Shown piece after piece: positions 18,853 to 29,605 of a stretch of 32,000 bases of DNA. The stretch comes from Polynucleobacter necessarius. Lineage in GTDB: Bacteria > Pseudomonadota > Gammaproteobacteria > Burkholderiales > Burkholderiaceae. The translations under genes and the position numbers were made by a program. The stretch is taken from positions 1,161,946-1,193,945 of the forward strand of contig NZ_LT606950.1 in assembly GCF_900095195.1 (NCBI RefSeq), given 5' to 3'. Position 1 is the first letter of the stretch, and each line of letters starts with the position of its first letter. The notes beneath the pieces are model-generated. The model had not been told where the DNA came from. It saw only the letters and a program-made list of their open reading frames with translations, and did not search any database.

Positions 18853-19098
18853 TTATCTTCTTTTTAGAAAGAAAACCAACACATCACCTTCAGTGGTGCT
18901 AGCAATCAGTTCGTTGCCAGTCTGCTTCGCGAACGCAGGAAAATCTCGAGCAGCCCCGGAATCGGTTGCTTTAATTTTGAGAACCTCACCGGATTGCATG
19001 GTTGCCAACGCTTTTTTGGTCCGCAAAATTGGCAAAGGGCAATTCATTCCAATCGCATCGACTTCGGCATTGAAAGTAATATTCGCTACTTCGCTCAT
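18853..19098 (-). CDS. TusA/SirA-family sulfur-carrier protein
   Basis: 81 aa with the [15 protein letters not shown] (CPxP) active-site motif. Its ATG overlaps the alaS stop codon (ATGA). Confidence 0.85.
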   Translation of the reverse strand: MSEVANITFNAEVDAIGMNCPLPILRTKKALATMQSGEVLKIKATDSGAARDFPAFAKQTGNELIASTTEGDVLVFFLKRR

Positions 19099-21719
19099 TT
19101 ACTTGCAACCCAATCTTTTACGCCAGCTAAGGCAGCGCTCAATTTAGCAGGATCATTACCACCAGCCATTGCCATTTCTGGTTTTCCGCCCCCTTTACCA
19201 CCCACCTGTTGGGCGACAAAGTTCACAAGTTCATCAGCCTTTATCTTGCCAACCGAATCCGCAGTCACGCCAGCAATTAGACTGACCTTATCACCCTGAA
19301 CTGAGGCTAATACGATGGCGGCTGTTTTGAGCTTAGCTTTCAACGCGTCCATCGTCTCACGCAATACGCCAGCATCAGCGGTATCAAGACGAGCAGCCAA
19401 TACTTTCAAGCCATTAACGTCAATAGCTTGTCCAGCCAGTTCATCGCCTTGGCTTGCCGCTAATTTTGAGTTCACCTTCTCCAACTCGCGTTCTGCTTGG
19501 CGCAGACTCTCTTGCAATTGCACAACCCGATTTACTAAGTCTCCAGGATGCGTTTTGAGAATCGCTGCGGCCTTATTGATTCGATCTTCTAAGCCTTGCA
19601 AAAATTGGAAAGCATTGTTACCAGTAACTGCCTCAACACGGCGAATGCCTGCCGCAACACCGCCCTCGGAGACAATCTTCAAACTACCGATATCACCAGT
19701 ACGTGACACATGAGTGCCACCACATAATTCTTTCGAGCTACCAATCTCCAGAACCCGTACTTCGTCGCCGTATTTCTCGCCAAATAGCATCATCGCCCCC
19801 GTCTTTTGAGCATCCTCAAGGGACATTACCTTTCCAGAGGTTGTGGTATTAACCAAAATCTCAGCGTTAACAATATCTTCGATGCGACGAATTTGTTCAG
19901 CAGTAATAGGGGCATTATACGTAAAGTCAAAACGGGTCTTAGTTGCATCAACCAGCGAGCCCTTTTGCTGCACATGATCCCCCAGTACTTCACGTAAGGC
20001 TTTATGCAAGATATGGGTAGCACTGTGGTTGCGCATGGTCTCGGTTCTTTGCTGAACGTCAACCAAAGCATTCAAGGAATCACCAACTTTCAGTTCGCCT
20101 TCAATAAGCTCACCCTGATGACCAAACACATCCGCCTGAATCTTGAAGGTGTCTTCTACAGCAAATCGAACGGTTTCATTGCGTAACTCGCCTTTGTCGC
20201 CAACTTGACCGCCAGACTCCGCATAAAAAGGAGTGTTATCCAACACAACTACTGCGGCGTCGCCAGCCTTCACCACAGCCACTTCAGAGCCATCCACATA
20301 CAGCGCAGTCACTTTAGCGCCCTCATGCTTTAAGGTGTCATAACCATGAAATTGGGTAGGCTTGCCTTTGTACTCTAGGCCTTGTGCCACCTTAAATTTC
20401 CCCGCAGCTCGCGCCTGATCGCGTTGCTTTTGCATTGCCACTTCAAAACCATCGGCATCCACTGTCACGCCGCGTTCGCGACACACGTCCGCAGTTAAAT
20501 CCAATGGGAAGCCAAAAGTGTCATGCAAGCGGAATGCTGTTTCGCCATCCACCATTTTTGCGCCACCTGCTAATGCGCCGTCCAAAATTTCCATGCCATT
20601 TGCAATGGTCTGAAAAAAACGCTTTTCTTCCTGTTTTAGAATTTCACTCACTTTATCTTGTGCAGCACGCAACTCTGGATACGCATCGCCCATTTCTTTT
20701 ACAAGCGCAGGCACTAACCGATAGAAGAATGGTTTGCGCGCTCCCAACTTATAGCCATGACGAATCGCACGGCGTGCAATACGACGCAAAACACAACCTC
20801 TTCCTGCGTTACCAGGGATCACACCGTCTACAACAATAAAACTGCAGGCGCGAATATGGTCTGCAATCACCTTCAGCGATGGGCTATCAGGATCACAATC
20901 CCCGCCACCAGCAGCTTCCACGGCATCCTTGGAAGCCTTGAGTAAATTGACGAAGAGATCGATCTCGTAATTGGAATGGACGTTTTGCAGGACGGCTGCA
21001 ATTCGCTCAAGGCCCATGCCGGTATCGACGCTGGGCTTGGGTAACAAATGCATCACCCCAGCTTCATCGCGATTAAATTGCATGAACACGTTATTCCAGA
21101 TTTCGATAAAACGATCGCCATCCCCTTCTGGGCTGCCGGGAGGGCCGCCAGGAATATGATCACCGTGATCATAAAAAATTTCGGTACAAGGTCCACATGG
21201 CCCCGTGTCGCCCATCATCCAAAAATTATCGGATGCGTAGCGAGCGCCTTTGTTATCTCCAATTCGAATAATGCGACCAGCCGGAACGCCGATCTGATCC
21301 TTCCAAATTGCATAGGCCTCATCATCTTCTGCGTAGACCGTAACCAGAAGCTTTTCTTTCGGCAATTTAAATACTTGGGTTAATAGATCCCATGCGTATT
21401 GAATGGCATCCCTTTTGAAATAGTCGCCAAACGAGAAGTTGCCCAACATTTCGAAAAAGGTGTGGTGACGCGTGGTATAGCCTACGTTATCCAAATCATT
21501 GTGCTTGCCACCCGCACGAATACATTTTTGGGCAGTGGTTGCTCGGGTGTAAGGGCGCTTATCAAAGCCCAAAAATACGTCCTTAAATTGGTTCATACCC
21601 GCGTTTGTAAAGAGCAAAGTTGGGTCATCTCCAGGAACTACAGGGCTGGAGGGGATAATTTGGTGGCCCTTTTGGGCAAAGAAATCCAGGTAAGCCTGGC
21701 GAATTTGGGAGACTTTCAT
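19095..21719 (-). CDS. alaS: alanine--tRNA ligase
   Basis: 874 aa. The N-terminus is [29 protein letters not shown]. It has the class II core, an editing domain with HSATHILH and CGGTHV, and a C-terminal DHHA1-like domain. Confidence 0.97.
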   Translation of the reverse strand: MKVSQIRQAYLDFFAQKGHQIIPSSPVVPGDDPTLLFTNAGMNQFKDVFLGFDKRPYTRATTAQKCIRAGGKHNDLDNVGYTTRHHTFFEMLGNFSFGDYFKRDAIQYAWDLLTQVFKLPKEKLLVTVYAEDDEAYAIWKDQIGVPAGRIIRIGDNKGARYASDNFWMMGDTGPCGPCTEIFYDHGDHIPGGPPGSPEGDGDRFIEIWNNVFMQFNRDEAGVMHLLPKPSVDTGMGLERIAAVLQNVHSNYEIDLFVNLLKASKDAVEAAGGGDCDPDSPSLKVIADHIRACSFIVVDGVIPGNAGRGCVLRRIARRAIRHGYKLGARKPFFYRLVPALVKEMGDAYPELRAAQDKVSEILKQEEKRFFQTIANGMEILDGALAGGAKMVDGETAFRLHDTFGFPLDLTADVCRERGVTVDADGFEVAMQKQRDQARAAGKFKVAQGLEYKGKPTQFHGYDTLKHEGAKVTALYVDGSEVAVVKAGDAAVVVLDNTPFYAESGGQVGDKGELRNETVRFAVEDTFKIQADVFGHQGELIEGELKVGDSLNALVDVQQRTETMRNHSATHILHKALREVLGDHVQQKGSLVDATKTRFDFTYNAPITAEQIRRIEDIVNAEILVNTTTSGKVMSLEDAQKTGAMMLFGEKYGDEVRVLEIGSSKELCGGTHVSRTGDIGSLKIVSEGGVAAGIRRVEAVTGNNAFQFLQGLEDRINKAAAILKTHPGDLVNRVVQLQESLRQAERELEKVNSKLAASQGDELAGQAIDVNGLKVLAARLDTADAGVLRETMDALKAKLKTAAIVLASVQGDKVSLIAGVTADSVGKIKADELVNFVAQQVGGKGGGKPEMAMAGGNDPAKLSAALAGVKDWVASK

Positions 21720-21842
21720 GCTAATAATTATCGCATTGGCACTACACTAGGGCAAACGCTAAACCACTAGACCCTAACCTAGCTTACAATCCCACAACAT
21801 CAATAAAAATCGGCATTTAAGCCGACAAGCAAGGAGAGCAAC

Positions 21843-22304
21843 TTGAAAATTCGCAATCAACGGGATTTTGGGGCAGGGATCATGTATATGGTCATTGGCC
21901 TCTTCTCCACTATTGTGGCCACCCAATACCCAATGGGAACTGCCGCCAAAATGGGTCCTGGTTACTTCCCCTTCTATTTAGGCATCTTAATGTTCCTATT
22001 AGGACTGCTTGTAGCAGTTAAGGCATTTGGAGCCAAAGCTGCCATTGAAAGCATTCCTAAATTCAATTGGAGAATCATGGCTCAGATTACGGGTGCAGTG
22101 GTCTTGTACGGCCTACTGCTTCCTCGTTTTGGATTTTTGATAGCGGTTGTGGTTTTGGTTTTTGTTGCAGCAAGTGCAAGCAGAGAATTCACCTGGAAAG
22201 GCACAGCTATTAATGCTGCATTTTTGGTGACATTCACTTATTCAGTATTTGTGGTGGGTCTGAAACTTCAGTTCCCCCAACTTCCAGCGTTTTTACAACA
22301 ATAA
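21843..22304 (+). CDS. tctB: tripartite tricarboxylate transporter, small membrane subunit TctB
   Basis: 153 aa with four hydrophobic helices, located immediately upstream of tctA. The TTG start is preceded by AAGGAG (21830-21835). Confidence 0.8.
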   Translation: MKIRNQRDFGAGIMYMVIGLFSTIVATQYPMGTAAKMGPGYFPFYLGILMFLLGLLVAVKAFGAKAAIESIPKFNWRIMAQITGAVVLYGLLLPRFGFLIAVVVLVFVAASASREFTWKGTAINAAFLVTFTYSVFVVGLKLQFPQLPAFLQQ

Positions 22305-22319
22305 AAGACGAGACAAAAA

Positions 22320-23822
22320 ATGGATTTATTTACTAACTTAGGTCTCGGCTTTGAGACCGCATTTACCCTACAAAATCTCTTATATTGCTTAATCGGCTGC
22401 ATCCTAGGAACCTTGATTGGCGTCCTTCCTGGCCTTGGCCCTATCGCTACGATTGCAATGCTATTACCAGCCACGTATGCACTACCCCCCATTGCTGCAT
22501 TAATTATGTTGGCGGGTATTTACTACGGCTCACAGTACGGCGGCTCTACCACCGCTATTTTGCTCAATATTCCCGGGGAGACGTCGTCAGTTGTGACAGC
22601 AATTGATGGCTATCAAATGGCCCGTAATGGTCGAGCTGGGGTTGCGTTATTTACAGCTGGTTCAGCCTCATTTTTTGCCGGGTGTGTAGCTACTTTGGTT
22701 TTAGCAGCCTTTGCTGCCCCATTGTCGCAATTAGCATTTAAATTTGGGCCTGCAGAATATTTTTCATTAATGGTTTTGGGTCTTATTGGTGCGGTGGTCT
22801 TAGCATCAGGCTCATTAATCAAAGCAATCGGAATGATCATCCTTGGCCTCTTGATGGGCTTAATTGGTACCGATGTGAACTCGGGTGTGTCTCGTTATGC
22901 GTTTGACATCCCAGAATTAAGTGACGGTATCGGCTTCGTTGCAGTAGCAATGGGTGTTTTTGGTTTTGCCGAAATCATGAGCAACCTTGAAAAGCAAAGC
23001 GACGATGAAGGCTTTCTCAACAAGTTGACTAGCATGGTCCCAAGTAAGAATGATGTGAAACGCATGATTCCATCGATCCTGCGCGGCACAACCATTGGCT
23101 CCATTCTGGGAATTCTGCCGGGCGGCGGCGCGGCTCTTGCAGCGTTTGGTGCGTACTCTGTTGAAAAAAAATCCTCAAGGCATAGCGCTGAATTTAGTAA
23201 GGGTGCGATTGAGGGTGTCGCAGGTCCTGAAGCTGCTAACAATGCTGCGGCACAAACCTCATTCATCCCCTTGCTGACTCTAGGTATTCCACCAAATGCT
23301 GTTATGGCATTGATGGTGGGTGCGATGGCGATTCATAACATCCAGCCAGGCCCACAAGTGATGACTAGCAACCCAGCCCTATTCTGGGGTCTGATTGCTT
23401 CCATGTGGATTGGTAACGTCATGCTGATTCTCTTGAACTTGCCCCTGATTGGTATTTGGGTCAAGCTTTTGAAGATTCCATATCGCTTCTTGTACCCAGC
23501 CATTTTGGTGTTCTGCTGCATCGGCGTCTATACCGTGAACAACACCGTATTCGATGTTTACGTAACCGCTGGCTTTGGCTTAATTGGCTACCTCTTCTTT
23601 AAACTGGGTTGCGAACCCCCTCCATTACTTTTGGGTTTCGTACTCGGACCCATGATGGAAGAGAACTTCCGTCGTGCTTTATTGCTGTCTCGCGGCGATT
23701 TCTCAATCCTTGTCACTCGCCCACTATCACTGGGATTGCTCATCGCGGCAGCCTTGTTGGTTGTGATTGTGGCTCTTCCAGCTGTGAAAAAGACCCGCGA
23801 AGAGGCGTTCGTCGAAGACTGA
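22320..23822 (+). CDS. tctA: tripartite tricarboxylate transporter, large permease TctA
   Basis: 500 aa polytopic protein with typical TctA blocks ([41 protein letters not shown]). Confidence 0.92.
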   Translation: MDLFTNLGLGFETAFTLQNLLYCLIGCILGTLIGVLPGLGPIATIAMLLPATYALPPIAALIMLAGIYYGSQYGGSTTAILLNIPGETSSVVTAIDGYQMARNGRAGVALFTAGSASFFAGCVATLVLAAFAAPLSQLAFKFGPAEYFSLMVLGLIGAVVLASGSLIKAIGMIILGLLMGLIGTDVNSGVSRYAFDIPELSDGIGFVAVAMGVFGFAEIMSNLEKQSDDEGFLNKLTSMVPSKNDVKRMIPSILRGTTIGSILGILPGGGAALAAFGAYSVEKKSSRHSAEFSKGAIEGVAGPEAANNAAAQTSFIPLLTLGIPPNAVMALMVGAMAIHNIQPGPQVMTSNPALFWGLIASMWIGNVMLILLNLPLIGIWVKLLKIPYRFLYPAILVFCCIGVYTVNNTVFDVYVTAGFGLIGYLFFKLGCEPPPLLLGFVLGPMMEENFRRALLLSRGDFSILVTRPLSLGLLIAAALLVVIVALPAVKKTREEAFVED

Positions 23823-23845
23823 TTGCCATAAACCAAAACAGATCG

Positions 23846-23875
23846 AGCCCGCAGCAGTTTGCGGGCTTTTTCTTT
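23846..23875 (+). terminator. rho-independent terminator of tctBA
   Basis: The stem AGCCCGCA (23846-23853) pairs with TGCGGGCT (23860-23867) around a 6-nt loop and is followed by TTTTTCTTT. Confidence 0.75.
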
Positions 23876-23906
23876 ATGGCTTGAGGGTTTTCTCTACAAT
23901 GTGGCT

Positions 23907-25679
23907 ATGTCCCAAGATAGCAAATCAACTAAGTCAGCCGCTGGGGCGGTTGCCGAACCATCCAATTTTCTGCGCCAAATCATTGATCAAGATTTGGCGA
24001 GCGGCAAATTCTCACAGCGCACCAATTTAGCGGGTGAACCCATTCCATCCATCATCACGCGTTTCCCGCCAGAACCAAATGGCTATTTGCATATTGGTCA
24101 CGCCAAGAGTATTTGCTTGAACTTTGGTTTAGCCGCGGATTACAACCAGCAAGTGGGCGGTGCACGTTGCAATATGCGTCTTGATGACACCAATCCCGTT
24201 AAAGAGGATGTGGAATATGCCGACAGTATTTTGGATGCTATCAAATGGCTTGGCTTTGATTGGGGAACACATCTTTATCACGCAAGTGACTACTTCGACA
24301 AACTCTATGAGTTTGCTGAAATTTTGATTCAGAATGGCAAGGCATACGTCGATAGTCAAAGCGCCGATGATATTCATACTAATCGTGGCAACTTTGGCCA
24401 ACCAGGAAAAAACAGCCCGTATCGTGATCGCAGCCCAGAGGAGAATCTGGCCCTCTTTCGTGAAATGCGTGACGGTAAATTCAAGGATGGTGAACATGTT
24501 CTGCGCTTAAAGATCGATATGGCTCACCCGAATATCGTGATGCGCGATCCTGTGGTGTACCGTATACGCCACACCGATCATCACCGCACAGGCAGCAAAT
24601 GGTGCATTTACCCCCTGTATGACTTTACCCATTGCATCTCGGATGCCTTGGAAAACGTATCGCACTCTATCTGCACACTCGAATTTGAAAATAATCGCCT
24701 CTTGTATGACTGGATCGTGAATGCGTTGAGAGAGCTAGGCGTCTTTAAGGAGCCTGTTCCGCATCAGTATGAGTTTGCTCGCCTCAACTTGACCTACGCC
24801 ATCGCCAGTAAGCGCAAACTTTTGCAATTGGTAAAAGAGAAACATGTTGATGGCTGGGATGATCCTCGCATGCCAACCATTGTTGGCATTCGTCGCCGCG
24901 GTTACACACCCGAGAGCATTCGTTTATTTTGCGAGCGTATTGGCGTTTCTAAAGCTGATAGCTGGATTGACATGAGCACTTTAGATCAAGCCTTACGCGA
25001 TGATCTTGAAACAAAGGCGCCACGCGCAACTGCAGTATTAAAACCGCTCAAACTGGCGGTTCAAAATTTTGATGCTACCGCCAAAGAACCCTGCTCAGCT
25101 CCACGTCATCCGCAACATCCTGAGTGGGGCAACCGCGAATTTCATTTCACGCGCGAACTGTGGATTGAAGCGGATGACTTTATGAAAGAGCCGATCAAAG
25201 GTTTCTTTAGGCTTTATCCACCGATCGGCGATCAACCCGGCAGTCGCGTACGTCTGCGCCATGGTTTTGTAGTGGAATGTACCGGCTTTGAAACTGACGC
25301 TCAAGGTAATGTGACTCAAGTGAACGTGACACACTTCCCAGATAGCAAAAGCGGTACTCCTGGCTCTAATAATTACAAGGTGAAGGGTAATATTCACTGG
25401 ATCAGCGCTGCAGAGGCCATCCCCACGGAAGTGCGCCTCTATGATCATCTATTCACCGACCCCCACCCAGATAGTGGCGATAAGAACTTCTTGGATTCCA
25501 TCAATCCGAACTCCAAAGAAGTGATTACTGCCTACTTAGAGCCTTGTATGAGCGATGTAAAAGCAGAAGATCGCTTTCAGTTTGAGCGTCACGGCTATTT
25601 TGTTGCTGACACGAGAGACTCGAAACCTGGCAAACCGGTTTTCAACCGAACCGTTGGGCTTAAAGATTCTTGGAAATAG
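23907..25679 (+). CDS. glnS: glutamine--tRNA ligase
   Basis: It has RFPPEPNGYLHIGHAKS (HIGH) and a SKRKL (MSK-type) motif, with GlnRS-specific anticodon-binding C-terminal domains. The ATG at 23907 lies downstream of the tctA terminator. The track extension from 23859 runs through the terminator. Confidence 0.97.
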   Translation: MSQDSKSTKSAAGAVAEPSNFLRQIIDQDLASGKFSQRTNLAGEPIPSIITRFPPEPNGYLHIGHAKSICLNFGLAADYNQQVGGARCNMRLDDTNPVKEDVEYADSILDAIKWLGFDWGTHLYHASDYFDKLYEFAEILIQNGKAYVDSQSADDIHTNRGNFGQPGKNSPYRDRSPEENLALFREMRDGKFKDGEHVLRLKIDMAHPNIVMRDPVVYRIRHTDHHRTGSKWCIYPLYDFTHCISDALENVSHSICTLEFENNRLLYDWIVNALRELGVFKEPVPHQYEFARLNLTYAIASKRKLLQLVKEKHVDGWDDPRMPTIVGIRRRGYTPESIRLFCERIGVSKADSWIDMSTLDQALRDDLETKAPRATAVLKPLKLAVQNFDATAKEPCSAPRHPQHPEWGNREFHFTRELWIEADDFMKEPIKGFFRLYPPIGDQPGSRVRLRHGFVVECTGFETDAQGNVTQVNVTHFPDSKSGTPGSNNYKVKGNIHWISAAEAIPTEVRLYDHLFTDPHPDSGDKNFLDSINPNSKEVITAYLEPCMSDVKAEDRFQFERHGYFVADTRDSKPGKPVFNRTVGLKDSWK

Positions 25680-26556
25680 TCTTTAAAAAATCTGCTACGC
25701 TCGGATAGCGAAGTGGAGTTTTTAATTCGTGCAATCGAGTATTCGTGACTCGTCTAGATTCCCGCATAAAAGACCTTAGCATTGGGCTGACTAATTTTTG
25801 CAATTCCCTTGCTGGCATGCGGGGCGGTTTATCCAGGCCAAATGCACTAGCGACCTCATCAAAGTAATCCCCCATCTTGGTCTCGCTACCATCGCAGGCG
25901 TTGATGACTCTTTGAGGTTTGCCGTGATAAACCGCGGCACATACTAAGCGCGCTAAATCGTCGCTGTGAATATGATTGGAATAAGCATCTTCTTCAGGCA
26001 ATAGTGCTGGGGTTTTAGACTGCAAGCGATCAATCGGTAATCGATCGAGTGCGTAGATCCCCGGTACTCGCAAAATAGTCACCGTCACTCCATGAGCTGG
26101 CCCCCACAATCGTAGAGTCCGCTCTGCATCCACCCTTCTCTGTGCCCTCTCGCTTTGCGGGTTCATCGGCGTTACCTCACTCACCCTAGCGCCACGATGA
26201 TCGCCATAGACACCCGTAGTACTGATATAAATCAGACGCCTGACGATACCAGAGCCTTGGGCTAAAATTCGCAATAGGTTGCGGGTTCGGCAATCACGAT
26301 TTCCTTGGTTTTGAGGTGGTGCCAAATGGATTACGGTTTGGGCTAATCCACCAAGACGCCATAACGACTCTGGATGATCCAGATCTCCAAGAATTGGAAT
26401 CGCGCCGGCCTCCCTCAACTCCTGAAAACGATTTTGCGAAGAGGCTAGCGCAAAAACGCGGTGACTTCGGAAAAGCTGTTTTGCCACCCGAAGACCAATA
26501 TCGCCGCAGCCAATGATCAGGATTGAAGGTTTACCAAAAGATTGCATAAGTAACAT
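25660..26556 (-). CDS. NAD(P)-binding Rossmann-fold oxidoreductase (SDR / epimerase-dehydratase-like)
   Basis: 298 aa with an N-terminal ILIIGCGDIGLRVA dinucleotide-binding motif. The substrate is unknown. Its 3-prime end overlaps the glnS 3-prime end by 20 nt. Confidence 0.7.
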   Translation of the reverse strand: MLLMQSFGKPSILIIGCGDIGLRVAKQLFRSHRVFALASSQNRFQELREAGAIPILGDLDHPESLWRLGGLAQTVIHLAPPQNQGNRDCRTRNLLRILAQGSGIVRRLIYISTTGVYGDHRGARVSEVTPMNPQSERAQRRVDAERTLRLWGPAHGVTVTILRVPGIYALDRLPIDRLQSKTPALLPEEDAYSNHIHSDDLARLVCAAVYHGKPQRVINACDGSETKMGDYFDEVASAFGLDKPPRMPARELQKLVSPMLRSFMRESRRVTNTRLHELKTPLRYPSVADFLKTISKNL

Positions 26557-26583
26557 CGTAACGATTTATTGAAAGGAATGAGA

Positions 26584-27624
26584 GTGTCTTATCAGGTCAC
26601 GCTCAAAACGAGTGGCAAACAATTCTCTGTAAGTCAGGATGAAACCGTTTTGGAAGCCGCCCTTCGTCATGGCATTAACCTTCCTTATGGCTGTAAAAAT
26701 GGTGCGTGCGGATCCTGCAAGGGTAAAGTTCTTGAGGGTCAAATTACCCACGGTCAGCATAGCGAAAATGCTCTCAGCAAGGCCGATGAAACTGCGGGAG
26801 GCATTTTATTTTGCTGCTCCCATCCCCAGACCGATCTTGTCGTCGAAGCACGTGAAGTTCAAGGCGCCGGGGATATTGCGATTCGCAAGGTGCCGTGTCG
26901 CGTAAACACCATCCTCAAACCGAGCAACGATGTTGCTATCCTAAAACTTCAACTACCCGCCGCAGAACGCTTTCAGTTTTTAGCTGGCCAGTACATCGAA
27001 TTTCTCCTAAAAGATGGACAACGGCGCGCTTACTCAATTGCTAACCCACCCGAGCAAGAGGGTCCGCTGGAACTTCACATTCGTCATCTACCCGGCGGCT
27101 TATTTACCGACTTTGTTTTTGGTGCAGTTTCGCCAGCCCTGGAAGAAAAAGATATTTTGCGTTTTGAGGGTCCACTAGGTAACTTCTTCCTGAGAGAAGA
27201 CTCCAAAAAACCGATCATTTTCTTGGCTGCTGGCACAGGTTTTGCACCGATTAAATCGATCATTGAGCAAATGCAGGCAAAAAAAATCACTCGTTCGATA
27301 GAGCTATATTGGGGTGGTCGCTGTCCAAGCGACCTCTATCTTAATGAATTATGTAAACGCTGGGAACAAGAAATTCCAGACTTCAAGTACATCCCCGTAA
27401 TTTCCGATGGACTTCCTGAAGATGTTTGGCAGGGTAGAACGGGTTTTGTCCATCAAGCGGTTATTGAAGACCATCCTGACCTTAAGGACTTTCAGGTCTA
27501 CGCTTGCGGTGCACCGGTTATGGTGAACGCCGCTAGAAATGAATTTTCATCTAAATGTCATCTTCCCGAGGAAGAATTCTTTGCCGACTCATTTACCAGC
27601 GCAGCAGATTTAGTTGCAAGCTAA
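26584..27624 (+). CDS. 2Fe-2S ferredoxin / FAD / NAD(P)H oxidoreductase (AscD / CDP-6-deoxy-delta-3,4-glucoseen reductase-like)
   Basis: It has a plant-type ferredoxin motif (CKNGACGSCKGKV ... FCC), an FAD motif (RAYSIAN) and an NAD(P)-binding motif (LAAGTGFAPIKS). I prefer GTG at 26584, 6 nt after AAGGA. Alternative starts are ATG at 26578 and TTG at 26569. Confidence 0.8.
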   Translation: MSYQVTLKTSGKQFSVSQDETVLEAALRHGINLPYGCKNGACGSCKGKVLEGQITHGQHSENALSKADETAGGILFCCSHPQTDLVVEAREVQGAGDIAIRKVPCRVNTILKPSNDVAILKLQLPAAERFQFLAGQYIEFLLKDGQRRAYSIANPPEQEGPLELHIRHLPGGLFTDFVFGAVSPALEEKDILRFEGPLGNFFLREDSKKPIIFLAAGTGFAPIKSIIEQMQAKKITRSIELYWGGRCPSDLYLNELCKRWEQEIPDFKYIPVISDGLPEDVWQGRTGFVHQAVIEDHPDLKDFQVYACGAPVMVNAARNEFSSKCHLPEEEFFADSFTSAADLVAS

Positions 27625-27680
27625 CACGCATAAAGCTTGATAATAGAAACCAGAATAACCCCTAATTACCTTAACAGAGC

Positions 27681-28871
27681 ATGAATACGCCACCCCCTAT
27701 CGACACCCACTCAGTCATGTTTATCACCCAACGTCCAGATGTTGTGATGGTTGAGGGGAGTGGCTCGTGGTTAACCGATAACAATGGCAAACGGTATTTG
27801 GATTTCTTGCAAGGCTGGGCGGTTAATTGTTTAGGTCATGGTAATCCTGGAATGATTACAGCGCTCAATGCACAAGCCAAGAAACTAATTAACCCAAGTC
27901 CTGCGTTTTACAACGAACCAATGATTGGTTTGTCCAATCTGTTGACTGCCAATAGCTGCTTTAACAAAGTGTTTTTTGCGAATAGCGGAGCAGAAGCAAA
28001 TGAGGGCGCCATTAAGTTAGCGCGCAAATGGGGTCAGCTCAATAAAAATGGTGCGTTTGAAATCATTACCTTTGATCATAGCTTTCATGGTCGCACCCTA
28101 GCGACGATGAGTGCCTCTGGAAAGCAAAACTGGGACACCATGTTTGCTCCACAAGTGCCGGGTTTTCCAAAGGCGGATTTAAACGACTTGGAGTCGGTTA
28201 AAAAACTCGTCACCGATAAAACGGTTGCAGTGATGCTTGAGCCCGTTCAAGGCGAAGGCGGCGTGATTCCGACAACCAAAGAATTTATGCGCGAACTCCG
28301 TCAGTTCACCAAGGAAAATAATATCCTGCTGATTGCTGATGAGGTCCAGGCAGGCTGTGGTCGTACTGGCACTTTATTCGCCTATCAACAATACGGTATT
28401 GAGCCTGACATCATGACTTTAGGAAAAGGTATTGGAGGAGGCGTCCCATTAGCAGCGTTGCTCGCCACCGATACTGTTGCTTGCTTTGTTCCTGGAGATC
28501 AAGGCGGAACTTATAACGGCAACCCTCTAATGACTGCCGTAGGTATTAGCGTAATTGAGCAATTACTTGCCCCTGGCTTTTTGGAGAATGTAAAAGCAAA
28601 AGGTGAGCTACTCAAATCGGAACTCCTCAAACTCAGCGCTGAATTCAATCTTGAGGGTGAGCGCGGAGAAGGTTTATTGCGCGTTCTGATGTTGGGCAAA
28701 GATATTGGTCCCAAGCTCGTTGAGCTAGCGCGTGAGCGGGGTCCAGAAGGGTTGCTGCTGAATTCTCCAAGACTCAACCTACTGCGTTTTATGCCAGCCC
28801 TCAACATAGCTGATGACGAGATTCATCAGATGTGCAATATGCTGCGCGAACTATTGAAGCAAACTGCTTAA
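27681..28871 (+). CDS. argD: acetylornithine aminotransferase (class III PLP aminotransferase)
   Basis: 396 aa with [31 protein letters not shown] and the PLP-lysine context TLGKGIGGG. Confidence 0.85.
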   Translation: MNTPPPIDTHSVMFITQRPDVVMVEGSGSWLTDNNGKRYLDFLQGWAVNCLGHGNPGMITALNAQAKKLINPSPAFYNEPMIGLSNLLTANSCFNKVFFANSGAEANEGAIKLARKWGQLNKNGAFEIITFDHSFHGRTLATMSASGKQNWDTMFAPQVPGFPKADLNDLESVKKLVTDKTVAVMLEPVQGEGGVIPTTKEFMRELRQFTKENNILLIADEVQAGCGRTGTLFAYQQYGIEPDIMTLGKGIGGGVPLAALLATDTVACFVPGDQGGTYNGNPLMTAVGISVIEQLLAPGFLENVKAKGELLKSELLKLSAEFNLEGERGEGLLRVLMLGKDIGPKLVELARERGPEGLLLNSPRLNLLRFMPALNIADDEIHQMCNMLRELLKQTA

Positions 28872-28891
28872 ACAATTCTCTGAAGAGTTCC

Positions 28892-29605
28892 CTATCCACC
28901 TAAATAGGCTGCACGCACTCTCGGGTCTTGTAGCAACTCCTGACCTGAGCCAGCGAGTGTGGTGAGCCCACCTTCCATCACATAGACACGATCTGCCATT
29001 TGCAATGCAAGGCGAGCATTTTGCTCGATCAAAAGAATGGTCATGCCATTTTTTGAGAGGTTACCAATCACCTCAAATATCGTTTCCACCATGATCGGGG
29101 ATAAGCCCATCGATGGCTCATCCAGCAGTAAAAGCTTGGGCTCAGCCATCATGGCTCTACCCATGGCAACCATTTGCTGTTCACCACCTGATAAGGTGCC
29201 AGCAAGCTGCGAGAGACGCTCTTTTAATCTGGGGAAATACGCAAAAACCTCATCAAGCTTTTGATGAATAGCCTTAGCGTCCGTTTTTAGAAATGCGCCC
29301 ATCTGCAAATTTTCCAGAATGGTCATCCGCTTAAATACACCGCGACCCTCGGGAACTAGGCCCAGACCCAACTTAACCAACTCATACGCGGGCAACGAAT
29401 TTGTTTGATGATTTAAGAAATCAATCACACCAGATGCTGGCTTCAATAAACCCGCAATGGCTTTTAAGCTAGAACTTTTGCCAGCACCGTTAGCGCCAAT
29501 CAAGGCCACCAACTCACCAGAATTCACATGGAGATCAATGCCTTTGACAGCATTAATACCGCCATAAGAGACTTTCAGATCTTGTACCTGCAGGATAGCG
29601 CTCAT
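28892..29605 (-). CDS. livF: branched-chain amino-acid ABC transporter ATP-binding protein LivF (apparently intact)
   Basis: It has Walker A GANGAGKSS, the signature LSGGEQQM and Walker B LLLLDEPS. The ATG at 29605 overlaps the livG TGA by 1 nt (TGATG). The track start at 29608 is a TTG. Confidence 0.9.
   Translation of the reverse strand: MSAILQVQDLKVSYGGINAVKGIDLHVNSGELVALIGANGAGKSSSLKAIAGLLKPASGVIDFLNHQTNSLPAYELVKLGLGLVPEGRGVFKRMTILENLQMGAFLKTDAKAIHQKLDEVFAYFPRLKERLSQLAGTLSGGEQQMVAMGRAMMAEPKLLLLDEPSMGLSPIMVETIFEVIGNLSKNGMTILLIEQNARLALQMADRVYVMEGGLTTLAGSGQELLQDPRVRAAYLGG

Noticed and set aside
19315-19713. Long antisense ORFs inside large genes, for example 19315..19713, 20435..20839 and 21399..21770 opposite alaS, 3647..4009 opposite ispA, and 16998..17429 out of frame on the same strand within valS
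   Set aside because: These are shadow ORFs with low-complexity, Ser/Arg/Pro/Ala-rich translations. None has a recognisable motif and all are fully nested in well-supported genes.
21740-21800. Several short CTAG-containing repeats (CACTAGGGC, CACTAGACC, AACCTAGC) in the alaS / tctB divergent intergenic region, as possible regulator sites
   Set aside because: Only 5-6 bp are shared, and there is no consistent spacing or dyad symmetry beyond 5 bp. This cannot be distinguished from chance by eye.
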